Notes under the pieces: generated by a model | Told to the model about the DNA's origin: nothing | The model's input: the letters and a program-made list of their open reading frames with translations, nothing else | Database searches by the model: none | Translations under genes and position numbers: made by a program | Shown: piece after piece, positions 1 to 5,154 of the stretch | Numbering within the stretch: position 1 is the stretch's first letter | How the letters are laid out: each line of letters starts with the position of its first letter | From: a virus | Taxonomy: Duplodnaviria; Heunggongvirae; Uroviricota; Caudoviricetes | Direction: 5' to 3' (one strand) | DNA length: 5,154 bases | IMG/VR virus record: IMGVR_UViG_2802429228_000005

Positions 1-1968
1 TCGAAGAACGCGGCGAAAACCTCAGAAACGAATGCAGCTAACAGCGCACAGGCAGCAGCGGCCTCACAGACTGCATCGGCAAACTCCGCGACAGCAGCCC
101 AAAAATCAGAAACCAACGCGAAAAATAGCGAAACAGCCGCAAAGACGAGCGAAACCAACGCGAAGTCCAGCCAGACGGCAGCGAAAACCAGCGAAACGAA
201 TGCCAAAGTCAGTGAAACTGCGGCGAAAAACAGCCAGGCTGCAGCAGCTGAAAGCGAGAGCGCAGCAGCCGGTTCTGCGACTTCAGCAGCTGGATCAGCA
301 ACTGCTGCGGCTAACAGCCAGAAAGCTGCGAAGGCGAGCGAAACTAACGCAAAGTCCAGCCAGACGGCAGCGAAGACCAGCGAAACGAATGCCAAAGCCA
401 GCGAAACTGCGGCGAAAAGCAGTCAGGATGCAGCAGCCGAAAGCGAGAGTGCTGCAGCTGGTTCTGCAAGCGCGGCGGCTGCTTCTGCCACTGCATCAGC
501 TAACAGTCAAAAAGCAGCAAAAACCAGTGAAACCAACGCAAAGGTGAGCGAAACAGCGGCTGCGAACTCAGCGAAAGCATCCGCTGCAAGCCAGACAGCA
601 GCTAAAGCAAGTGAGGATGCAGCCAGAGAGTATGCAAGCCAGGCTGCGGAGCCGTATAAACAAGTTTTGCAGCCGCTTCCCGATGTGTGGATACCGTTTA
701 ACGATTCACTGGATATGATTACGGGCTTTTCGCCGTCATATAAAAGGATTGTTATTGGCGACGATGAAATAACAATGCCTGGCGACAAGATTGTAAAGTT
801 TAAACGCGCATCAAAAGCAACCTATATTAATAAATCTGGTGTGCTGACAGAGGCTGCCATTGACGAGCCACGATTTGAACGTGATGGCCTGCTTATTGAG
901 GGGCAAAGAACGAACTTCTTCCCGAACAGTACAGACCCTTTGAAGTGGAATAAGTCAACTTCACTGGACGTTACAGAAACAGGCACAGATAGTTTCGGTT
1001 TTAATTATGGCCGGTTTGTCGTACAGGATTCGATTGTTGGCACAAGTAAAGCGCATACCATTATAGGGCTGTATACAAGTACCGGAGGGGTTGATACTTC
1101 AGGTGACGAAAAGTATGTAACTATATCCTGTCGGGTAAAAAGTGAAGTTGATAATATCGCCGTTCGTATTTTATTTGAACATTATGATGGGGAAGTAAGG
1201 ACATCAATAGGAACAGCAAGCCTGAACCTTACCACCCGCATAATTAGCAAGACGGGTCAGACAAGCCGTGTTACAGCAAGGTCTGTTAAGGATGATGCAA
1301 CTGGCTGGATATTTTTTGAGGCTACATTAAAAGCAGATACAACAGAAAATACGGTTGGTGGTTTCGTCCAGTATTCTCCGGATACAGGTCAGATGGTGGC
1401 ATCAGGGGATTATCTCGATGTAACCACTCCACAGATTGAGGCTGGTACAGGCGCATCATCTTTTATTGTTACGGGGACGGCACCGGCAACGCGGGCAAGC
1501 GATATGGTGACAGTCCCAATCAAGAATAACCTTTATAATCTTCCTTTTACGGTTCTTTGTGAGGTACATAAGAACTGGTATAAAACGCCAAATGTAGCGC
1601 CGCGTGTTTTTGATACCGGCGGTCATCAAACCGGAGCGGGGATCGTAATGGGGTTTGGTTCATCAGGTGGGTACGACGGTTTTCCGTATTGCGATATAGG
1701 TGGTTCAGACCGACGAATAAATGAAAATGCCGGGCTGGAAAAAATGGTTATGGGGATGCGTGTAAAGTCAGATCAGTCTACGTGCTCAGTAAGTAACGGG
1801 CGTATATCCAGCGAAACAAAAACCACATGGTCATATATTCAGAACTCCGCAATTATCCGTATTGGAGGCCAGACTACAGCCGGGTTACGCCATTTATTTG
1901 GTCATATCAGGAATTTCAGAATATGGCACAAGGCATTGACTGATGCTCAGATGGGGGAGTCAATCTAA
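1..1968 (+). CDS. Side tail fiber protein, 3' portion (5'-partial, gene starts upstream of the window)
   Basis: Frame 1 is open from nt 1 to the TAA at 1966-1968; the first in-frame start (GTG 544) is internal, and the upstream codons continue the same repeat pattern, so the ORF-track call 544..1968 is a truncation artefact. The N-terminal part is Ala/Ser/Thr-rich with reiterated S-E-T-N-A-K and S-Q-T-A-A-K motifs typical of phage fiber shafts. The C-terminus (...IRIGGQTTAGLRHLFGHIRNFRIWHKALTDAQMGESI) matches the C-terminal signature of concanavalin-A/LamG-like jelly-roll lectin domains used as receptor-binding tips. Confidence 0.85.
   Translation, partial: SKNAAKTSETNAANSAQAAAASQTASANSATAAQKSETNAKNSETAAKTSETNAKSSQTAAKTSETNAKVSETAAKNSQAAAAESESAAAGSATSAAGSATAAANSQKAAKASETNAKSSQTAAKTSETNAKASETAAKSSQDAAAESESAAAGSASAAAASATASANSQKAAKTSETNAKVSETAAANSAKASAASQTAAKASEDAAREYASQAAEPYKQVLQPLPDVWIPFNDSLDMITGFSPSYKRIVIGDDEITMPGDKIVKFKRASKATYINKSGVLTEAAIDEPRFERDGLLIEGQRTNFFPNSTDPLKWNKSTSLDVTETGTDSFGFNYGRFVVQDSIVGTSKAHTIIGLYTSTGGVDTSGDEKYVTISCRVKSEVDNIAVRILFEHYDGEVRTSIGTASLNLTTRIISKTGQTSRVTARSVKDDATGWIFFEATLKADTTENTVGGFVQYSPDTGQMVASGDYLDVTTPQIEAGTGASSFIVTGTAPATRASDMVTVPIKNNLYNLPFTVLCEVHKNWYKTPNVAPRVFDTGGHQTGAGIVMGFGSSGGYDGFPYCDIGGSDRRINENAGLEKMVMGMRVKSDQSTCSVSNGRISSETKTTWSYIQNSAIIRIGGQTTAGLRHLFGHIRNFRIWHKALTDAQMGESI
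148..525 (+). repeat. In-frame tandem direct repeat, 189-bp unit (63 codons), two full copies (148-336 and 337-525) with partial, more diverged copies on both sides (about 1-147 and 526-600)
   Basis: Copy 1 translates SETNAKSSQTAAKTSETNAKVSETAAKNSQAAAAESESAAAGSATSAAGSATAAANSQKAAKA and copy 2 SETNAKSSQTAAKTSETNAKASETAAKSSQDAAAESESAAAGSASAAAASATASANSQKAAKT. They are near-identical at nucleotide level (e.g. aagtccagccagacggcagcgaa[a/g]accagcgaaacgaatgccaaag in both). A third unit begins at 526 (SETNAKVSETAAANS...). Confidence 0.85.
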
Positions 1969-2249
1969 TGAAAGATTTAACACTCAAATTTGAAGACAGG
2001 GCCGACTTTTCGGCCTTTATGGATAGCACTGGCTATTATGATGACGAGTCGATGCAGGATGATATTCTTATTGACGTGATAGGTAACGTGTACAAAGAAA
2101 CCGGAGAACTGACTGAAGATGGCGAACCGGTATGTGTTAAGGAAGACGGATATTTTGTAAACGTGCGCATCATTAATGATGTGAAAACACCGTCATTATT
2201 CGATGAATACGCGGTTGCTGTTGAGCATCAACTTCGTGGCTGGATGTGA
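1968..2249 (+). CDS. Hypothetical small acidic protein (93 aa) translationally coupled to the upstream fiber gene; possible fiber-associated chaperone or adaptor
   Basis: Its ATG (1968-1970) overlaps the fiber stop TAA (1966-1968) as TAATG. A GGGGAG Shine-Dalgarno lies at 1953-1959. I count 22 Asp+Glu against 8 Lys+Arg (net about -14). It sits between two fiber genes. I recognise no family motif. Confidence 0.65.
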   Translation: MKDLTLKFEDRADFSAFMDSTGYYDDESMQDDILIDVIGNVYKETGELTEDGEPVCVKEDGYFVNVRIINDVKTPSLFDEYAVAVEHQLRGWM

Positions 2250-2258
2250 GGAAGGAAA

Positions 2259-3299
2259 ATGGCTACATCGACAGTAATTCCTGATGATATCAAAACGCTA
2301 AAATCCGACGTTAGCAAATTAAAAACCGATCAAGGAAGCTACGCAACAAAATCATATGTAGACAGCAAAGATGAAACCGTTGGTGACTGGTCTGCTTCAT
2401 GGTATCAGCAGGTATTGCCAACTAGCGGAGCTATATTTGGGAGAAAACTCCGCTCAACTCACCGGACGGCAGGTGTTGAGGATGCGTATTGCGAACTATA
2501 CCTCAAAAAATGGATAGACAGTCCAGGTAACGCAATGGCGCGCCTTAACCTGAACGATAACGGGACAAACATTTGCTGGGACTTTACCAACCTTTATGGC
2601 GGTACGATGATTTTTCCCGGTGACAGCGGATACCTCAAAATGGGTAACTGCCTTATGTCATACAGCAAGCGTGGAAGTAACGCGCTTATTAAATTTGATT
2701 ACACCGACACATTACAGATCAAATATGCTAATCATGGGTCAACCATGACATTAAACACACAGGGAACCGCTCACGCTGGCGTAACAACTCGACTATGGGG
2801 CAATTCTAGCCGTCCGGTTGTTTATGAAGTTGGCGTAGATGAGGCTCTGTATATGTTCTACGCACAGAAAACTACCAGCAATACCTACGAATTAACGGTT
2901 AACGGCGCGTGCAATGCAAGTGCATTTAATCAAGGCTCTGACCGGGATCTGAAAGACAATATTCAGGTGATAGATAATGCAACCGACCGCATTCGTAAAA
3001 TGAACGGCTATACATACACGCTTAAAGAAAACGGTATGCCTTACGCTGGTGTTATTGCACAAGAAACCCTGGAAGCCATCCCCGAAGCCGTAGGGTCTAT
3101 GATGAAATATCCAGACGGCGGGAGTGGATTAGATGGAGAAGAAGGTGAACGGTATTACACTGTAGATTATTCTGGTGTTACTGGCTTGCTTGTTCAGGTA
3201 GCCAGAGAGTCAGACGACAGAATAACAGCACTGGAAGAAGAAAACGCAGAATTAAGACAAAGATTATCTGCAATTGAGGCGGCGCTTGCGTCTAAATAA
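2259..3299 (+). CDS. Tail fiber / tailspike-like protein (346 aa) with C-terminal intramolecular chaperone auto-processing domain (peptidase S74 type)
   Basis: Strong RBS GAGGAAGGA (2248-2256) ahead of ATG 2259. Residues 227-280 (GSDRDLKDNIQVIDNATDRIRKMNGYTYTLKENGMPYAGVIAQETLEAIPEAV) match the conserved S-D-x-x-L-K-x-N-I ... G-x-I-A-Q-E ... P-E-A-V core of the intramolecular chaperone domain of endosialidases and T5 pb1-type fibers. The C-terminal heptad-like stretch ITALEEENAELRQRLSAIEAALASK is the coiled-coil end usual for that domain. Confidence 0.85.
   Translation: MATSTVIPDDIKTLKSDVSKLKTDQGSYATKSYVDSKDETVGDWSASWYQQVLPTSGAIFGRKLRSTHRTAGVEDAYCELYLKKWIDSPGNAMARLNLNDNGTNICWDFTNLYGGTMIFPGDSGYLKMGNCLMSYSKRGSNALIKFDYTDTLQIKYANHGSTMTLNTQGTAHAGVTTRLWGNSSRPVVYEVGVDEALYMFYAQKTTSNTYELTVNGACNASAFNQGSDRDLKDNIQVIDNATDRIRKMNGYTYTLKENGMPYAGVIAQETLEAIPEAVGSMMKYPDGGSGLDGEEGERYYTVDYSGVTGLLVQVARESDDRITALEEENAELRQRLSAIEAALASK
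2937..3299 (+). other. Predicted intramolecular chaperone (S74) domain; the conserved Ser227 codon (tct 2937-2939) marks the expected autoproteolytic site
   Basis: The domain boundary is inferred from motif onset at G-S-D-R-D-L-K-D-N. In characterised members this module is released after trimer folding. Confidence 0.7.
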
Positions 3300-3306
3300 T
3301 ATTAAT

Positions 3307-3328
3307 GGGCCGAGCGCCCCGTTTTATT
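3307..3328 (+). terminator. Weak intrinsic terminator or attenuator candidate downstream of the S74 fiber gene
   Basis: A 4-bp all-GC stem (GGGC 3307-3310 pairing with GCCC 3316-3319) with a 5-nt loop is followed by C then GTTTTATT. The stem is short, so termination would be partial at best and the downstream membrane-protein gene is probably co-transcribed. Confidence 0.25.
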
Positions 3329-3341
3329 GGGTAGGATGAAA

Positions 3342-3629
3342 ATGGATATAACACCTTTCCTTCATGCTCTTTGTGCTGTGGCTGCGCAGCTACTGATTGG
3401 TCTTTTTACCGGGAACTGGGCTTACGGAGCGATAGCCGGTTGTACGTTCTTCATTGCGCGTGAACACACCCAGGCAGAATATCGCTGGATTGAAATGTTC
3501 GGGCATGGCAAGCGTATGAATATGCCGTGGTGGGGCGGTTTTGATCCACGTGCATGGGATGTGGCAAGCCTGATGGATTTTGCTGTGCCGGTGGTGGCGT
3601 GTCTGCTGATCTGGATGTTGATCCGTTAA
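3342..3629 (+). CDS. Small hypothetical inner-membrane protein (about 95 aa, 2-3 predicted transmembrane segments); accessory (moron-like) gene
   Basis: The ORF track opens at TTG 3327. ATG 3342 is the more plausible start because AGGA (3333-3336) sits 5 nt upstream; ATG 3336 is also possible. Hydrophobic stretches FLHALCAVAAQLLIGLFTGNWAYGAIAGCTFFIA and VASLMDFAVPVVACLLIWMLI flank a polar W/G/P-rich loop (RWIEMFGHGKRMNMPWWGGFDPRAW). I cannot assign a family. Confidence 0.6.
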   Translation: MDITPFLHALCAVAAQLLIGLFTGNWAYGAIAGCTFFIAREHTQAEYRWIEMFGHGKRMNMPWWGGFDPRAWDVASLMDFAVPVVACLLIWMLIR

Positions 3630-3630
3630 A

Positions 3631-3679
3631 TATAAAAAGTAAAAAGCCGCAGTAACTTGTCATGATAGGATACTGCGGC
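3631..3679 (-). terminator. Rho-independent terminator candidate for the minus-strand dinI-like (and int read-through) transcript
   Basis: A perfect 9-bp inverted repeat, GCCGCAGTA (3646-3654) and TACTGCGGC (3671-3679), encloses a 16-nt loop. Read on the minus strand the stem is followed immediately by TTTTTACTTTTTATA (complement of 3631-3645). On the + strand there is no U-tract after the stem, so it is not an efficient + strand terminator. The loop is longer than typical. Confidence 0.45.
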
Positions 3680-3746
3680 TGGCTGGTTAACTTTCGATAG
3701 TGCGAGTATTGAATGATTTCCAGCCGTTACCGATTTTACGTGTTAA

Positions 3747-3995
3747 TTAGTGAACAAACCACTCGTCAGCAGACTCCCAGGTATCTTTCAGAGTTTCCTG
3801 AACAAAAGTTTTAGCTGAATCTTTATCGGCGGTGCGCGTAACAGAAAGGCCATCGTTGCTGGTGGCTTTTACGATCACCTCTACATCGTCATAACGTTTA
3901 CTGATGCGTCGGGTTAATTCTTCCTTTAACGCATCCACAGCACCGGTTGGCATTTTAGTCATTTTTTCTTTGGCTATGCAGATTTCAATACGCAT
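3747..3995 (-). CDS. dinI: DinI-family protein (82 aa), SOS-inducible RecA modulator homolog
   Basis: The translation [82 protein letters not shown] aligns along its length with E. coli DinI as I recall it (MRIEVTIAK...P.GA.DAL..EL.RRI...LSV...QETWESADDWFV). SD AGAGGGA lies 5 nt upstream of the ATG (minus strand). Two LexA boxes sit in its promoter. Confidence 0.88.
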   Translation of the reverse strand: MRIEICIAKEKMTKMPTGAVDALKEELTRRISKRYDDVEVIVKATSNDGLSVTRTADKDSAKTFVQETLKDTWESADEWFVH

Positions 3996-4008
3996 AAAAG
4001 TCCCTCTA

Positions 4009-4028
4009 TACTGTGTTTGTATACAGTG
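4009..4028 (-). promoter_or_regulatory. LexA operator (SOS box), promoter-proximal, overlapping the likely transcription start region of the dinI-like gene
   Basis: The + strand reads TACTGTGTTTGTATACAGTG, with CTGT at 4011-4014, 8 nt, then ACAG at 4023-4026. It matches the gammaproteobacterial LexA consensus TACTGT-N8-ACAGTA at 19 of 20 outer plus core positions. Confidence 0.8.
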
Positions 4029-4030
4029 TT

Positions 4031-4060
4031 ATTTTTAACTGTATGGATAAACAGTGTCAA
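4031..4060 (-). promoter_or_regulatory. Sigma70-type promoter for the dinI-like gene
   Basis: On the minus strand: a perfect -35 TTGACA (complement of 4055-4060), a 17-18 bp spacer, then TAAAAAT (complement of 4031-4037) as the -10. The ATG follows 36 nt downstream. The integrase stop codon TGA (4057-4059, minus strand) is embedded in the -35 hexamer. Confidence 0.6.
4037..4056 (-). promoter_or_regulatory. Second LexA operator (SOS box), lying in the spacer between the -35 and -10 of the dinI-like promoter
   Basis: The + strand reads AACTGTATGGATAAACAGTG, with CTGT at 4039-4042, 8 nt, then ACAG at 4051-4054. Its centre is 28 bp from the first box. No other CTGT-N8-ACAG occurrence was found by eye anywhere else in the window. 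Confidence 0.75.
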
Positions 4061-5154
4061 GAGGTCTTATTTCTGCTCTTTTGGAGCTCTTCAAAACGAT
4101 TATGTAAAGATTTCGGATACAGTTCGGTATATACCTGCCATAGCACGTTTAATGAACGATGCCCTGTAACTTGGGCGACTTCCTCAATACTAAAACCAGC
4201 CTCAAATAAGCGACTTGCCCCTTCTCTACGCAAATCATGGTATCGCAGATCTTTAATACCTAATTTGCTTCTTACCCTCTGAAATCCCGCAGTAACAGAA
4301 GTGCTGTTATATGGAAAAATGAATTCCGATTTTTGGGGCTGTCGTTGGACGATATCCCAGGCTTCCCCAAGCAAGGCTACTTTCATGTGGTTGCCTTCCT
4401 TTTTGCGTGGATCTTTCCTGTCTCTTACGAGTATAGATTTTTGTTCCTGGTCGAGATCTTCCCATCGTAACCGGCATACTTCTCCGATTCGCATACAGGA
4501 CCACACAGAAAATTTGAGGATATCAACGAACGGAATTTTTGAGCATTTATGTGTAGATCGTTGTTGAAGACCTTCAATGAGCATGTCCAGTTCATCAGAT
4601 GCCGGTCTACGATTACGACGGTTTGATTTACCAATCAAACCAAGTTTAAGTAGATATGGACGAGCACTTTTCGCCGGGTTTGATGTGTAATTAATTCCGT
4701 ATACAGGTTTGGCCGCATCCAGAACACTGCCAAGATAACTAACATCGTGGCTGACTGTTGCTGGACCTGCACCAGCGTTGTTTCTTAGCCTACAATGTTC
4801 AATTACGTCATTTTCTGTCAGTTCGGATAGTTTGATCGCGGAGATGTCACTATCCATAAGCAGTTCCAGCACATATCTTTTAGTACGACCTGCTTTACCT
4901 CCGGCATTTGGGTCATTTAAATATTTGTGTAGTAAGTCACGGACTGTAAGTCCGTCAACTGCATTTGATGATGGAATGCCATATAGATCTAATTCCATCA
5001 CTTTCTGTGTACCCCATGTTTTGGCATGGGCATGTTTAGGGAATGTTTTGCTTTCCCTGTAAGTGATAACACCTTTTTCTTTGATAATCACATTACAGCG
5101 ATAGCGTGGTGTGCCATCGGATTTTAGTCGTTTCTCTATGTTATAGTACGCCAT
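4057..5154 (-). CDS. int: Phage integrase, tyrosine site-specific recombinase (365 aa as read; start codon at the window edge, so the true N-terminus may lie beyond the window)
   Basis: C-terminal catalytic motifs are visible: CMRIGEVCRLRWEDLD (box I Arg), RYHDLRREGASRLFEAG (His-x-x-Arg box II) and VTGHRSLNVLWQVYTELY (His ... catalytic Tyr). The basic N-terminal region is consistent with an arm-binding domain. It is oriented convergently to the fiber genes. Confidence 0.88.
   Translation of the reverse strand: MAYYNIEKRLKSDGTPRYRCNVIIKEKGVITYRESKTFPKHAHAKTWGTQKVMELDLYGIPSSNAVDGLTVRDLLHKYLNDPNAGGKAGRTKRYVLELLMDSDISAIKLSELTENDVIEHCRLRNNAGAGPATVSHDVSYLGSVLDAAKPVYGINYTSNPAKSARPYLLKLGLIGKSNRRNRRPASDELDMLIEGLQQRSTHKCSKIPFVDILKFSVWSCMRIGEVCRLRWEDLDQEQKSILVRDRKDPRKKEGNHMKVALLGEAWDIVQRQPQKSEFIFPYNSTSVTAGFQRVRSKLGIKDLRYHDLRREGASRLFEAGFSIEEVAQVTGHRSLNVLWQVYTELYPKSLHNRFEELQKSRNKTS

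Noticed and set aside
32-547. 171-aa + strand ORF rich in Arg/Gln/Pro/Lys
   Set aside because: It is the +1 frame of the Ala/Ser/Thr-rich fiber repeats. The low-complexity composition is the expected by-product of reading GC-rich GCN/AGC codon runs out of frame, and the real fiber frame (frame 1) is continuous through it.
1-600. Possible CRISPR-like repeat array
   Set aside because: The repeats are 189-bp in-frame coding units with no short unique spacers, no palindromic 28-37-bp repeat unit and no leader. They are protein-coding tandem repeats.
507-788. 93-aa minus-strand ORF
   Set aside because: Antisense to the fiber gene inside the repeat region. Its Ala/Ser-rich low-complexity translation is a mirror artefact of the repeats, with no RBS or context.
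1968-2249. Calling the 93-aa ORF a lambda-type Tfa tail fiber assembly protein
   Set aside because: It is about half the length of characterised Tfa or gp38 proteins and I recognise no Tfa signature. It is kept as hypothetical, with a chaperone role only as a hypothesis.
1380-3299. Invertible-segment (Gin/Cin/Pin-type) host-range switch between the two fiber C-termini
   Set aside because: There is no DNA invertase gene in the window, and I found no flanking inverted crossover repeats by eye. The two fiber genes are co-directional, with ordinary RBS and coupling signals.
3451-3663. 70-aa minus-strand ORF
   Set aside because: It lies entirely antisense to the better-supported membrane-protein gene and runs into the terminator hairpin. 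It has no RBS and a Pro/Ser-rich odd composition.
4013-4282. 89-aa + strand ORF starting over the LexA boxes
   Set aside because: It overlaps the dinI-like promoter and the 3' end of the integrase gene on the opposite strand. The integrase frame has clear catalytic motifs, so this ORF is most likely spurious.
4301-5062. Four short ORFs (4301-4567 +, 4307-4504 -, 4425-4634 -, 4778-5062 +)
   Set aside because: All are nested in alternative frames or the opposite strand of the integrase gene, and none has independent support.

Overview
The window reads as the tail-fiber/attachment end of a temperate, lambdoid-style enterobacterial phage or prophage. On the + strand: the 3' part of a side tail fiber gene (1-1968, start lies upstream) with in-frame 189-bp tandem repeats and a LamG/ConA-like C-terminal tip; a very acidic 93-aa ORF coupled to it by a TAATG overlap (1968-2249); a second, short fiber-like gene ending in a peptidase-S74-type intramolecular chaperone domain (2259-3299); and a small predicted membrane protein (about 3342-3629). 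On the - strand: a DinI-family gene (3747-3995) driven by a promoter with two canonical LexA boxes (CTGT-N8-ACAG), and a tyrosine integrase (4057-5154) whose stop codon sits inside that promoter's -35 hexamer. I see no rRNA, tRNA, CRISPR array, transposase or recognisable multi-gene defence system. The most interesting items are the SOS-wired DinI-like module abutting int, the dual fiber cassette with its acidic coupled ORF, and the uncharacterised membrane protein in the cargo slot between the fiber genes and int. All family assignments come from motifs read by eye and recalled from memory, with no database search, and would need HMM or structure-based confirmation.
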